Shown piece after piece: positions 30,655 through 43,035 of a stretch of 64,000 nucleotides of DNA. Below the pieces are notes generated by a model that was not told the origin of the DNA, did no database searches, and saw only the letters and a program-made list of their open reading frames with translations. Numbering within the stretch: position 1 is the stretch's first letter; each line of letters starts with the position of its first letter. The position numbers and the translations under genes are program-made. The stretch is from IMG/VR virus record IMGVR_UViG_3300021520_000002, positions 186,001-250,000 of that record, one strand, 5' to 3'.

Positions 30655-32532
30655 TCATGTTTTAGTCACCATTAAATTTAATTGTAGTTCTGTAATTATT
30701 GGTATATTTCTTTGTTGAGCTTTTTTATATTTGCTTGAGTCACTTGGACTATTACAAACTAAATAACTACAACTTGAAATACTGGAAATTGAACCTCCAT
30801 TAGATTCAATCCATTTTTCTATTTGATCTCTTGGTCTACTTAAAGCACCAGTAATGCAAAATGATTTTCCAGTTAATTTACCAGTTTTTGGTTTTACTGA
30901 TATTATATGATTATCCATAAATTGACTAAGAAATAATTTATTCTGACTTAATCCTCTTATGATTGATTTTACTTTCTTTTCTCCTAATCCTTTAATATTA
31001 ATTAAAGTAACTATTACATTTGCTAATTTTTTATCATCATATAATGAGTCTAATAAATCTAAAAATGAAATATTTTCTAATATCAATTTTGATGAACTTG
31101 TACCAAGGTTTTCAACTCCAAGAGCAGCAAGTAATTTTTGTGGAGTTATATTTGTAATGACTTCTTTCAATCTATTTAAGAAATCATCGGCAGATTTTTC
31201 AGCCCAACCATCAATTTTTAAAATATCTTCTTTTTTCAAATTTAAAACTTCTGTAACACTGTTACAATTTAAAGATGTCAACATCTTTTCACTGAAATTT
31301 TCTAAACCTAATTCTTCAAAGAAGTGAGCTATTTTCTTTTGAACTTGAGCTGGACAATTAATATTATCACATATTAAATGTACTTTTGTTGAATCCCATC
31401 TAAGAATATTATTACATGATGGACAAGTCGTTGGAAGTTCTATAAGTTTAGCTGGAGTAATTACATTTTCAATATAAGGAATTACATCTCCAGATCTAAC
31501 AATTTTAATAATAGCTCCTGTATCAATATTATTATCCATAATATTTTTTGCATTAAATCCAGCAGTTTTACTAATTGTTGCTCCACCTAATGTTACTGGT
31601 TTAATATAAACTAAAGGAACAACATCTCCAGTTCTGGAAGTATTCCATTCAATATGATCAACTTCAGTTTCTGCCGATTGTTTATTAAACTTAAAGGCAA
31701 TCTTCTTTTCCGGTATCTTAATATTTTCTACTTCTGAATTATTAACTGTTATGACAATTCCATCTTTATCATATTGAGTTTTTTCTTCAATCATTCGTTT
31801 TGCAACTGATGTAATATCTTCTTTTTTTTGAACAAATTCATTTTTAACACAATTTGTAAAATCTTCTAAAATTCCAATTCTTACATGTTCACGATTTGAG
31901 CGTGGACCATCTGGATCTGCCCAAGTATGAAAAATCACATATAGTTTATCAAGATTTTTTCCATCATCTCGATTGATTATTCCAGCTGCAGCATTTCTTT
32001 TAGTTTTATATGGTGTTCCATCATCTTTTTTAACATCTTCTGGTTCACAATTTAAAAGAATTTCTCCTTTAAAATGTACAGTTCTATAACTTGTTGGTCC
32101 AGAAGCTTTAAGTCTATTTGGAATAAATTTAAGAGCTTTAGCTGTAATATTTTCACCAATATAATGATCACCTCTTAACCAAGCATTTATTAATTTATCG
32201 TTAGTGTATTCACACTCAATAGCAAGTCCATCTAATTTATGAGATAATACAAATCCAAATCCATTATCATGTTTATCTAACCAAGCTTGGATATCATCTT
32301 CAAATTTATTACTTAAAGAACCCAATATAAACGGTAAGGTTTCTTTATTACGTTTTGGTTTATTACCAATTTTCTGAAGTAATTTACTTTCAGGTTTATG
32401 TTGAACTAGTAAACGTTTATAATGATCATATTCATCATCTGGAACAAGTGGTTCACCTTTTTCATAAGCAGCTAACCAAAGTTCTAAATGTTTTTCTAAT
32501 TCTTCAACAGAGTTTATTTGTATATTACTCAT
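30655..32532 (-). CDS. ligA: NAD-dependent DNA ligase
   Basis: KLDG, RGD, GEI, RNAAAG, DGIV, AFKF, RSGDVIP, Zn finger, HhH, BRCT (CITGAL). Confidence 0.96.
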   Translation of the reverse strand: MSNIQINSVEELEKHLELWLAAYEKGEPLVPDDEYDHYKRLLVQHKPESKLLQKIGNKPKRNKETLPFILGSLSNKFEDDIQAWLDKHDNGFGFVLSHKLDGLAIECEYTNDKLINAWLRGDHYIGENITAKALKFIPNRLKASGPTSYRTVHFKGEILLNCEPEDVKKDDGTPYKTKRNAAAGIINRDDGKNLDKLYVIFHTWADPDGPRSNREHVRIGILEDFTNCVKNEFVQKKEDITSVAKRMIEEKTQYDKDGIVITVNNSEVENIKIPEKKIAFKFNKQSAETEVDHIEWNTSRTGDVVPLVYIKPVTLGGATISKTAGFNAKNIMDNNIDTGAIIKIVRSGDVIPYIENVITPAKLIELPTTCPSCNNILRWDSTKVHLICDNINCPAQVQKKIAHFFEELGLENFSEKMLTSLNCNSVTEVLNLKKEDILKIDGWAEKSADDFLNRLKEVITNITPQKLLAALGVENLGTSSSKLILENISFLDLLDSLYDDKKLANVIVTLINIKGLGEKKVKSIIRGLSQNKLFLSQFMDNHIISVKPKTGKLTGKSFCITGALSRPRDQIEKWIESNGGSISSISSCSYLVCNSPSDSSKYKKAQQRNIPIITELQLNLMVTKT

Positions 32533-33621
32533 TCTAACCTCTTTATCTCTTCTCTTGCTTTTTCAACCCATTTTTTACATTCTTCAGTAAACTTGTCTTC
32601 ATCTTCTTCATCATTATTAACATTTGGATAGTCAATTATTATTTTTTGTGCGATGCTATGTCCAACTTCAAATATATTTAAATTTAAAACATCATCGAAT
32701 AAATAATTAGTTATACCTTTAATAGAATTGTCAACTTCATTATCTTCAATTTCATCTTCAATAGCTATAAAAAGTTTCATTTTAAAAAGTTTCATTTTTC
32801 CTCATATTTTAAACTTAATTGTTGTTTTTCAAAATTTATTGTTGTCTTAATCATACCTATTAATCTTCTAGAAGTTTCTTTTATATATGCTCCATCAACA
32901 AAAATTATTTCACTGGTTCCATTTCTAGTTACAGAAACTTCAAGATTACAATTTTCAAAAAGTTCAATAATTTCTCCTTCAACTTCATAAACTTTATAAT
33001 GACCCATCGATTCATTTCCTACTAACCAAGAAATAAGTGGCACATAAATATCCCATTTATTTTTGAGACAAAATAAACCTTTTTGATCAAAGTCACCATA
33101 GTTTCCTTCAACTCTATAAAACATTTTATATCTCCTTTTCTCCTCTGATAAAAAGGGACAAAGAACCAAATTCTCTATCCCTTTCAGATTTAACTATTAT
33201 TATTTCTATCAATAACAAATATATATGGTGTACACATACTTTCATCCCAGTTAAGTTGTATACCTTTAACATCTTCTGGATCAAAATTTTCTTCTTTTAA
33301 ACATTCATTAATATTAATTTCTAAATCATTACCAATGTTTGGTGTTCTTTTTGGGAGTAAAATTTTTATTTTTGACATTATTAACTTTCTTCTGTTCCAC
33401 ACATTGTTTTAACAGCAGCTTTCAAAAGAGTAGAAGCTGTTTTAACACCGGAATCAAATCCAGCTGAAAACACCATATCTATCAATTTTGTAAATTTTTC
33501 AGTATTTATAGTGCTTTCATTTCCTGGATCTTCATTACAAATAGTTTCAACTTCTTTTAAATATTTTTCTTGTTCATGTTCTTTAAACTTTTTTATTTCT
33601 GATTCTTTTAACGTAATCATT

Positions 33622-34032
33622 TTATTTCTCCTTTTTTTCTCTTTTTGGAACTAAAACTCTTGTTCTATTTTCTAAATATAAATCACATGGATCAATATAA
33701 AATTTGCCGATTAAATAATCTGCATAATTAACAGTTTTTCTTTGTTCATAAATTTTAACACCATCAACTATAGTTCTCCATTCAAAGTAATCAACAACAT
33801 CAATATATTTTAATTGTAATTTCCACATTTTATGGTCTGGTATATGAATTTTATCAAATTTTATTCTAAATCTTTCAAATTCGATATATGGTCCTCTATC
33901 ACCAATCACTATTCTTTCATAACCAACAGCAATTGAATCTGTACCATTTTTTGTATAGAAACTAATAGGAGATGAACTATTTATTGGAATTATAATTCTT
34001 TTTTTATATTCTTCTATTTTATTGTTGTTCAT
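33622..34032 (-). CDS. Hypothetical phage protein
   Basis: GYERIVIGDRGPYIEF...Q..TV.YADY..GKFY. Confidence 0.65.
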   Translation of the reverse strand: MNNNKIEEYKKRIIIPINSSSPISFYTKNGTDSIAVGYERIVIGDRGPYIEFERFRIKFDKIHIPDHKMWKLQLKYIDVVDYFEWRTIVDGVKIYEQRKTVNYADYLIGKFYIDPCDLYLENRTRVLVPKREKKEK

Positions 34033-34422
34033 ATAACTCTCTTTTAATTCTACGAAATATCATAGTTACATAATCAATTTTCTTTCCTTGCTTCCATAAT
34101 CTAGTTTGTCCAGCAGCAAGAACTCCACATTCATATCTATCATAATGATATACTTCTCCTGTTGGATTACGACCTTCAATTAAAATACAATATAAAATTC
34201 TATTTGTTTTTCTATTTCTTTTTTCAAATATATAAACATCAGACCATGAAATATTATAGAAATGTGATAACTTATGTAAATTGTTAAGAGTTTTTTGATT
34301 TGCATAATAATATTCATAATCAAGAAATGGTAACTTAAAACAGTATCCAGATCTTTTTAGTCTACCATATTTATATTCAACATATTCGAATAATTTATCT
34401 TGGTATATTGATTTAGTACTCA

Positions 34423-35592
34423 TTATACTCCTATAAATTGTCCGAAATGATCAACTTTTGTAGTAGGTACAACAAATACTGTTTCACCTGGATTCTGATT
34501 ACTAATTGATATCGGACAGATTCTCTGAAAATGGGTTTCATGTAAATTAGCTATAATACTTGGAGCATTTTCACTTCCAGGATTCATCATATTAACTTTA
34601 TGTTGAAGCATTCCTGAATACGCATTTACACTATCATAAATAAATTTATTGTGTAAGTTTGTTTGAAAATGTTTTGTTATTTCCATAAGATCCATTGCTA
34701 TCTCATCAACTTTATATCCTTTAGCTGTCATTATTGCATAATGACCAATACGCTTAAATAATGGTTGTAATAAAGCTTCTAAAAATATTAATCTTTTATA
34801 TTTTAAATCAATAAATGTTTCTTCAGTAGTTACAGAACATAATTCTGCCGCTATCTCTAAAACTTTTACTATTGTTAATTCTTCTTCTTTAACATTATAA
34901 CAATTTTGATAAAGTAGTTTTGTATATCCATCAAAGAATAATTTTTTCATATGATTTAAAATATCATTTCTAATTGGTTCACAACCAAACATTTTATGAA
35001 AATAATTTAACACATCTTGTTCTGTTGTTGTTGTATTATTAATTGGAATATTTAATCTAGTAGATAAGATTTGTTTTATTTGTAATAAATTCAAATCAGA
35101 ATCTGGAAGAATAACATTCAAAAAATGTGCTGCTGGAATATTTATGCCGATAAATGTAACAAGTTTATCATACATTGATATTGAATTGAATAAACTTGTA
35201 AGTTTAATTGATTTCTTTTTAATTACTATGGGTTTATCAATAATATATAATGTTGGTACATAATAGTTTCCATTTAATATAAAGAAACAGTCATTTAATA
35301 AAGTTGGTAAAATTAATCTAAACATTATTTTAACATCATTGGTATCTTTAACTTTTGTATAAACAACAACTTTAGTATAATGACTATCATTAATTCCCAT
35401 ATACTCTGGTATTTTCATTATGTTTATCATATGTAGTTGTAAGTAATTATTATTTTGAGCGGACAAATATTCAATACAAAGATTTATAAAATATTTAATC
35501 ATAGCATCATCATATTGAATTCTCCTAAAATCTCCAATTACAATTTCAAGAGGATTACTTTGTAATTCTTGTTTTTCAGGTAATAGATTCAT
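34423..35592 (-). CDS. rpoB: RNA polymerase beta subunit, N-terminal part
   Basis: LPTL...FFILNG; LHETHFQRICPIS...NPG matches HxTHYGRxCPxET. Confidence 0.72.
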   Translation of the reverse strand: MNLLPEKQELQSNPLEIVIGDFRRIQYDDAMIKYFINLCIEYLSAQNNNYLQLHMINIMKIPEYMGINDSHYTKVVVYTKVKDTNDVKIMFRLILPTLLNDCFFILNGNYYVPTLYIIDKPIVIKKKSIKLTSLFNSISMYDKLVTFIGINIPAAHFLNVILPDSDLNLLQIKQILSTRLNIPINNTTTTEQDVLNYFHKMFGCEPIRNDILNHMKKLFFDGYTKLLYQNCYNVKEEELTIVKVLEIAAELCSVTTEETFIDLKYKRLIFLEALLQPLFKRIGHYAIMTAKGYKVDEIAMDLMEITKHFQTNLHNKFIYDSVNAYSGMLQHKVNMMNPGSENAPSIIANLHETHFQRICPISISNQNPGETVFVVPTTKVDHFGQFIGV

Positions 35593-36156
35593 TTTCCTCC
35601 TTTACAGATGAACTGTATAAGTTTCCATTGGAAACTCAACTTCAACTAAATATTTGTGTTTTAAACAATATATTCTAGGTCTACCTCTTCCACTCCAATA
35701 CATATATACTTTATGTATAGCTCCACATGTTGGACAAATACATTCAACCAAGGGTTCATGCACTTTACAATGTTTTATTACTCTTGGTGGATTATTTAAA
35801 TGGCGCATATTCTAGTCTCATTTTTAATTTTTTCCAATATAATTAAATCACTAGGTTCAAAATTAAATTCTTTTTGAATGTGTCCACCTTTAAAATGTCT
35901 TGGTTCATCAAATTTAACCATTATTCCAAGATATCTTCCAGAATTTTTAATTATAATTCCTGTTTCTGTTCCATCGAAAAAATTCATATCTTGACCTAAA
36001 GTAATTATTTGAACCTTTGTTCCAACTGGAAACATTTTAAAAGTATTATTATTTGTATTGTGTATTTCTTTCTGTTTTCTTATCATGTCAGCAACACTCG
36101 GCATAGTTACTCCTTATGATATCGGCAAGATCTATTGCTAAATCTTGCCGATATTA

Positions 36157-38127
36157 TTATTCTTTCAGAAATTGTAATTGAACATCTACCACTTCTTTTG
36201 TTCTACTTTTAACGGCGCGATCTTCTGGAAGATGATATTCTCCAGATGTTATGAGTTGTTTTATCAAATCTGGTTTACCTTCTTTCCAATCACTCTTAAC
36301 GGATAAAAATTCTTTAATTGCCTGATCTGTGCCGTTAGTTATCATACTTTCAATTTCCATTTGACCAATTTTAGAACCACCACCCTTTGATCTACCTTTT
36401 AATGGTTGTTGGGTAATAGCTTTAACAGTTCCAAGATCTCTTGCATTCATAATTTTTGAAGCTATTTTATATAATTTTTGAATATACATTGGAGCACAAA
36501 ATATATTCTTTAAAGTAAAATCTTCATTTAATAATCCAATATCTAATTTAAGATTCTGTTTCATATATTTAATAAGTTGTTTCTTTAATAAAACATTTTC
36601 TCTATAAGGTATTGATGTTTTTAATAAATCTTTTATATTTATCTCTGCAAAACATGGGGCTTCAACAAATAAATTAGATTCAGTAACATTATTAATAAAA
36701 TTATGTTTAAATATATCATCAGTTTCAAGATTCTTTATAATATCATTTTCAATTTTATTATAATAATCTTTATCTATATGTCTAATAACTGAATCATTTA
36801 ACCACTTAATTAATTCAGTTGTTTTTTCCGGAGTTTCTCTAATATGTTTATCACAATACATTACAGATTTACCAACAATTCCTTCTAGAATTTGACCTAG
36901 ATTCATTCTTGAGAAAACTGCAAAAGGATTGAAAATTAAATCCAATGGAATGTTTGAATCAACGGCAATAGGTCTTAAATCATCAGGAAGAATTAAACTA
37001 ACTACACCTTTGTTTGCATATCTATTTGCTAATTTATCACCATAATAAGTTGATTCTTGTTTTGAAATTTCTATTTCCATAATATAACAAACTTCATCTA
37101 ATTTGATATTTCCTCTTGAACCTTTCTTTTGAGAAAATCTATAATACTTATCCAATATATGTGTTGCATAATCACCTACTGTTTTTCTAGCAAGATCTTG
37201 CACAACATCTACTATGAATAAAGCATATTTTTTATAAAGACCTTTTATTATATTATGAAGATTAGTATCTATAAGATTTATTTCTCTATCTGGTTTTAAT
37301 CTATGTATTCTTATTCCAGTTACTGTACCATTTTCAACTTTAGATTTTATCTTATTGGTTGAAAATTTAGTACCTTCAAGACTATTTAATGTTAATAAAT
37401 GTGAAATAGACATCGTTTTAAGTGCTTGTTGAACTTTATTTTTGGTTGCCTGAGCATTACCAATATAACTATCTGCTCCTTTAGGTATTAATAAACTACA
37501 AACTGCATCGTCTTTAATTTTTTGGCCGATATTTGGAAAATACGTAAAAGAATTTGGAATATGATCATACATTGTTTTCATTAATGTATATTCATAGATT
37601 GGAATATAAATTTTATCAGTAAATACTGCTTTAGCTTTATCGGCAAAAGATTCAGAAATAACTATTGAATCTTCATGGTTAAAACCAAAAAATAACATAA
37701 ATCCTGTAAATGTATTATAACCATATGAAGGTACACCATTTTTAAAACAATCATATGAAGCTATAATATCTCCTTTCTTAAATTTATCTCCTTCATCCAA
37801 ACTATATCTTAATGTTGTTCCATAAATACTATACACTCTTTTAACTGCTGGAGTATGTATTTCTTCAAGTCTATCTAAATTATCATATTTAACAATTAAT
37901 AAATCATTATTATTGTTTTTATATTTTACTGAACCATCATCTTTAGCAATATTAATTCCTAAAATAGAATTATCTCTAACATGTCTGTAATCAGAACCCA
38001 CAACATATGGAATATCTGTATTAGGACTTGTTAAAGCTTGTTGTACCTGTTTAGATATCATACTTGCTCTTGTTGCGTCTGTTGAAGATAAAAATGGTAT
38101 ACTATTTAGATTAATACTTGTGATCAT
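36157..38127 (-). CDS. rpoB: RNA polymerase beta subunit, C-terminal part
   Basis: IPFLSSTDATRASM, GFNHEDS, GDKLANRYANKGVVS, NPFAVFSRMNLGQ, QQPLKGRSKGGGSKIGQME. Confidence 0.93.
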   Translation of the reverse strand: MITSINLNSIPFLSSTDATRASMISKQVQQALTSPNTDIPYVVGSDYRHVRDNSILGINIAKDDGSVKYKNNNNDLLIVKYDNLDRLEEIHTPAVKRVYSIYGTTLRYSLDEGDKFKKGDIIASYDCFKNGVPSYGYNTFTGFMLFFGFNHEDSIVISESFADKAKAVFTDKIYIPIYEYTLMKTMYDHIPNSFTYFPNIGQKIKDDAVCSLLIPKGADSYIGNAQATKNKVQQALKTMSISHLLTLNSLEGTKFSTNKIKSKVENGTVTGIRIHRLKPDREINLIDTNLHNIIKGLYKKYALFIVDVVQDLARKTVGDYATHILDKYYRFSQKKGSRGNIKLDEVCYIMEIEISKQESTYYGDKLANRYANKGVVSLILPDDLRPIAVDSNIPLDLIFNPFAVFSRMNLGQILEGIVGKSVMYCDKHIRETPEKTTELIKWLNDSVIRHIDKDYYNKIENDIIKNLETDDIFKHNFINNVTESNLFVEAPCFAEINIKDLLKTSIPYRENVLLKKQLIKYMKQNLKLDIGLLNEDFTLKNIFCAPMYIQKLYKIASKIMNARDLGTVKAITQQPLKGRSKGGGSKIGQMEIESMITNGTDQAIKEFLSVKSDWKEGKPDLIKQLITSGEYHLPEDRAVKSRTKEVVDVQLQFLKE

Positions 38128-38206
38128 ATTTTACGCCTCCTCTTATATTTTGAATAAAAAATTTTATTACCATATTATTTCTATATGAATAAGTTAAAAA
38201 TTCAAT

Positions 38207-38647
38207 TCAATTTATAAGAGATTTTTTAATTTCTGGAATCTGAAAAGCATCTCCTGGAATCTGAAAAACAAATTCAGCATTTGATTTTTCTTTTGGTTGC
38301 CAAAACAATACAATCTTTTTCTCTTTTTCTTCTTCCACCCAAAATGAAAACTGATTAACATATTTAGCTGGTGACATCATAACCATCATAGGCATTACAG
38401 TATTGAATGTGTTACTTATAAATTCAAATAATTTTTCATGAATAGACATAATACATTCAGCTGAGAATGTAATATCATCTAAATCAAGTTCATGGATTTT
38501 ATCAACATCAGCATGAATAATCTTACTTAGATGATTTTTGGTTTCTTCTACCTTTTTTTCATAATCTAAATTATAACTAAACATATTAGTTTTCCCCAAT
38601 AGTTTTTTAGTTCTATTTTTTACTCGATTTTTTAAAGATTGTATCAT
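38207..38647 (-). CDS. Hypothetical protein
   Basis: ORF. Confidence 0.6.
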   Translation of the reverse strand: MIQSLKNRVKNRTKKLLGKTNMFSYNLDYEKKVEETKNHLSKIIHADVDKIHELDLDDITFSAECIMSIHEKLFEFISNTFNTVMPMMVMMSPAKYVNQFSFWVEEEKEKKIVLFWQPKEKSNAEFVFQIPGDAFQIPEIKKSLIN

Positions 38648-39078
38648 CCCACCTCCCTGTTTGGTTCTTCATCAGGTTTTTCAAATGGATAAACAATCCA
38701 TCTATCATTAGGACATTCTTCAACATAATATGTTGGTTTTACAATAGATCTTGGTTTATAATGAATTGTTGCAACATCAAATTGTTGTATAAAAGAATCA
38801 AGAGTGACACCAGTGTCCGATAAATCATCTACTATTAATATATCATTAATTATTTCTCTATCATTTGTTCTTAAATATACAGTATATCTGACTGCAAAAT
38901 CATGTTTATCTAAAATTTCAAGTTCTAAATAATGACTTAAATAAACTCCAACAATTAAGCCACCTCTTGGAATTGCATAAATATATTCATATTTACCTTT
39001 TGGAATTTTATTAGCTAATATTATAATACTATCATGAAACTCTTGTGGTGTTACAAAGTATTTGTTCCATTCACTCAT
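38644..39078 (-). CDS. Type I purine phosphoribosyltransferase
   Basis: IPRGGL, ILIVDDLSDTGVTL, WIVYPFE. Confidence 0.9.
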   Translation of the reverse strand: MSEWNKYFVTPQEFHDSIIILANKIPKGKYEYIYAIPRGGLIVGVYLSHYLELEILDKHDFAVRYTVYLRTNDREIINDILIVDDLSDTGVTLDSFIQQFDVATIHYKPRSIVKPTYYVEECPNDRWIVYPFEKPDEEPNREVG

Positions 39079-40111
39079 TTATTTCTCCATTATTTAATTT
39101 TTTGTTCAAAAAACATTTCAAGAATAGTAAGAGTTAATACCATTAGGTCATTTTCATTAGCTATTATTGGAAATAAAGATTCTTCCTTATAAGCTGTGAT
39201 TGGTGATATTTTGAATATTTTTTGATGAATCATTTAGTATCTCCTTCCCAGTTCAAAGCATCATATTTGCCGATAAACACATTCCATGTAATTTTTAATG
39301 TTCTCCACCAATGATTTAATCCATAATATGGTAAAGGCCTTGCTGGTATCCATCTTCCATCTTTAACTTCTTGATCTGTAGACCATTGTTTTATTTCAAC
39401 TGCGGAATATGTATTTGGGTGTCTCATTCTTGTTCTCCTTAATATTTCTCTTTATAAACTATAAACATTAAAATATAATCTTCTTGATTTAAAAATTTAA
39501 CATCTATAACATCTAATTTTTTTAACCATGGATTAATATCTAATTCTTGACCATTAATTTCAAGTCTAACTGTTTTTAGTTGTACTATCATTTTTTTCCC
39601 ATCTTTTTAAACAGTCTATTACAGTAAGTTCTGGGACAATAACGTTTGAATATGATCCATTTGTAGCACTAACTGCAACTCTAATTGTTGCCCATTTAGC
39701 TATTCCTTTTGGTAATTTCCAAGCAATCCATTTTTGAATTTTATCTTTCATATTATTTCTCCTTTTTTAACTTCTATTGACATAAGACCAGCTTCTTGTA
39801 ATATCTTTTTGCATTTTGGAATTACCATAATTTTTTGAAGAGCATTTGCAATATTTTCAAGATTTGTTTTATTATCTAAATTAAAAGTCATTGTACTTCC
39901 ATCTTTAGCATAAAAAATTATATTACGTGGAATAGCACCACCTATTCTAAGAATTTCACAGCATGATTCTTTTTTTGCTAAATCAATACCGATAGGTGTA
40001 TATTTTTCAATCATTTCATCAAAGCCATCTTTTTCAGTTTCTTTTTCCATATTTTTTCCTTTAAATAAAAATTTTATCGGCAAGATCTATTTCTAGATCC
40101 TGCCGATTTTC

Positions 40112-40978
40112 TTAGTCCAGAAAGGCAACAGCTCTGGAAGCTTTCGCTTCCTGTTCTCTGTTCAAACGAACAGAGTACCATCCTTTCAAATTGATTGTCT
40201 TATGATCACTATGGCGAATATAGCCACGAACATAAACCTGTGCATCCCGAGTCATCTGTCTCCATCCTAGTTTATCCTTATCTGAACTATATTGATCATG
40301 AAACTCTTTCAGAGTAAGACCATTAGGAGCATAACTTCTATGAACCATCACAGTTGTTCCACCAGTGCGATACAACTCCTCACAGATATGAGGTTTTGCA
40401 CCTCTTCTTCCGTTGGTAATCGGCTCATTTTTGTGAATAAGTTTCGGATTTGGATCAATATTAGCCTTGGTGAAAAACCATTCACCCTGTCTAATATAGA
40501 CCTCATTTTTGCGCCGAGTTCCAGCATGTTCCAGATGTTTTTTCTTCAGAGTTCCTTTCTGAGCATTAACTACAGACTCAGGTTTAAGTGCTTCCATAGC
40601 ATCAAGAACATTTTTCGCTCCAGCTGCTTCCGGTACAGCACAAGTAAACCACTGTCTCTCATCATGTCCGCAGAGAAATTTGGAAACGGTTTCTTTTCCA
40701 ACTTTTCCTTGTTTCAGCATAAGGAGCAAATGACGTTCTGCCACTTTTGCATCGATCACAGCTACTTCGAAAGGAGTATTAGTTTGACGTTCGGAAATAG
40801 CAAAAAATTCTCCTTTTCGATCTTTTAACACATCAATACTGATTGCGAGATTTGGAGGCATTCCATCACGAAAACGTGTTGTTTCTACAAATTTAACTCT
40901 CGCGCCGATCTCTTCGAATTTTGTCTTTATTAATTCTACGTTCATTATTCCTCCTAAAAGAAATTGTAGATTTTTCAT
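40112..40978 (-). CDS. Hypothetical protein, likely start MNVELIK
   Basis: FLCGHDERQWF, RQGEWFF, HSDHKTI; higher GC than flanks; own promoter motif at 40993. Confidence 0.75.
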   Translation of the reverse strand: MKNLQFLLGGIMNVELIKTKFEEIGARVKFVETTRFRDGMPPNLAISIDVLKDRKGEFFAISERQTNTPFEVAVIDAKVAERHLLLMLKQGKVGKETVSKFLCGHDERQWFTCAVPEAAGAKNVLDAMEALKPESVVNAQKGTLKKKHLEHAGTRRKNEVYIRQGEWFFTKANIDPNPKLIHKNEPITNGRRGAKPHICEELYRTGGTTVMVHRSYAPNGLTLKEFHDQYSSDKDKLGWRQMTRDAQVYVRGYIRHSDHKTINLKGWYSVRLNREQEAKASRAVAFLD

Positions 40979-41893
40979 TCTACATAAGTATTATTTCTAT
41001 ATAAAGAGTTTGAATATGAAATTATTTTTTTGGGGTTTTTATTAATTTAGTTAAATATGTATCTTGACAGTCATCACATCTAATATAAGGTTTTTCAATT
41101 TCTTTTCCACAACGACATTTATTAGTTTGTGATTCTTTTTGATCTCCAAAAACTGTGTCATAATTTACATTATTATCCATTTAAATGATCTCCCTTAATG
41201 GTTGGAAAACTTTTATCAATCTATAAAAATCACTTTTTCTAATTCTTACTTTTTTACCTTCTGTAGAAAATATTATATAATCTTCATCAAGATCTTCATA
41301 AATTTCCATCACTCCATAATCATATTCTTCAAATTGACTTTCTATTTGTTTTTCTATATCTATGGTAATTTTTATCATATTTCTCCTTTTTCTTTTTCAT
41401 TATATTTACAACATGTAGAATCTTCACCTGATTGATAATGTCCATCAAATATACATTTTTCATTATCATCTAATTTACAAAGAACTTTTCCACATTTTTC
41501 ACATATCATTTTTCTCTGACAGATATTACAATCTTTATTCATGTTATTACCTTCCTTATTGATAGGAATGTAAACCTTTTCCAAGTTTAGAAAGTAGTCG
41601 ATTTTTTGGATCGACATGTTTGTTTTGATTATTAAACATCTGTGGTTCTTTAAATATAATTGGAAAAGGTTTCAGAACTTCTTGTTTAACTAATTTTTGT
41701 TCTTCTATATATGTTTTAAAAGTCATTGGTTTAATTTTAATTGCTGGGGTAACATGGTTAGTTGACTCTTCATAATAAAAACAATCATCAGACGGTGAAT
41801 GTGCTGTTGATGTTATTGGTGTTTGATCTGCTAAAGTTGTCCAAGTACCAGTGCTATTATATCTATTATAATAAGATACCATATTTAACCTCT

Positions 41894-42667
41894 TTATTTT
41901 TCATCAAAACATTCCAATCTTTTTAAAGCTGAATCACTACAAGAATTTAAAGATTTAACAATATCAAAATATTGAGAATATATATGAAGACCATCTGAAT
42001 ATGCTATCATTTCTCCATCTTGTAATCTTATATCAGATCCTTCATCTTCTAATCCAGAATTGACCATTGCTAAAACATATTCTTTTACTCTTTGAAATCC
42101 CCAAAGATTCTCTGGCATACCACAAACAAGATCCCAAGAACGAAAGAAAACTGATGATCTTAATATTCCATCAACAGCTTTAAAAGACATAACTCTCAAA
42201 CAAGGTGGATCACTCATTTTTGTACAAGTATTATCACCAACATTAATAGTAGCTTGATTTGTTTTTCCTTTAGAAATTATTAGATTTTGTATAATATCTT
42301 CAACTTGTGGTTTAATCCATGTTGAATATTTATAAATTTCATTTGGTTCTAATTTATCATCCATTAGATATTTTGCAAAATAAGCATCAACAGCCTCTAA
42401 ATCAGTTGGTCTGAAAGGAGAAGTTTCAGATGTGAATGGTTCCCAAATTGAAGGTGTTTTAATTTTTATCAAAACATATGGTAATTGTAATCTAAATTGT
42501 CCTATATAACTCCCAAATTCATCAACTTTTGAAGCGTTTCCAACTTTATATTTTATACTGTTTTTACTTTCAAGACACAACCACATTACACTTCTCCAAG
42601 CTTGAGCAATAGTAAATTCTTCTACATAATTAGTTTCCCAATTAATCATTCTTTTCTCCATTTTCAT
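41894..42667 (-). CDS. thyA: Thymidylate synthase (ThyA fold, divergent)
   Basis: DPPCLR, FRSWDL..G.PEN, GLHIY. Confidence 0.8.
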   Translation of the reverse strand: MKMEKRMINWETNYVEEFTIAQAWRSVMWLCLESKNSIKYKVGNASKVDEFGSYIGQFRLQLPYVLIKIKTPSIWEPFTSETSPFRPTDLEAVDAYFAKYLMDDKLEPNEIYKYSTWIKPQVEDIIQNLIISKGKTNQATINVGDNTCTKMSDPPCLRVMSFKAVDGILRSSVFFRSWDLVCGMPENLWGFQRVKEYVLAMVNSGLEDEGSDIRLQDGEMIAYSDGLHIYSQYFDIVKSLNSCSDSALKRLECFDEK

Positions 42668-43035
42668 ATTTTTTTATAACTTCAGAAAATATAACTAATC
42701 CTTTTTGATTTCTTATTTCAACTCTTATATTTTTATCATTTATATGACATCTTGACCATCCACCATTTGGAGAAACTACTGATTTAAATAATATCCCTTC
42801 AGTTTCAATATCTATAAAATTTATTTCAAAATTTCCAGTTTTTTTCGTTGCTTTAAATCCTCGTCTAAGATTCATTTTTATAATTGGAAATTCTTCTTTT
42901 GTCAATTCAACTATAAAATTATTAACTGTTTTGCTCATTTCTACTCCTTTGATTAATTAAAGGACATAGGTAGTCCTGCCTTGGCGTCTTTACCCTACAC
43001 AGAATGCACTGTGATAAGACCTATGTCCTGATTCA

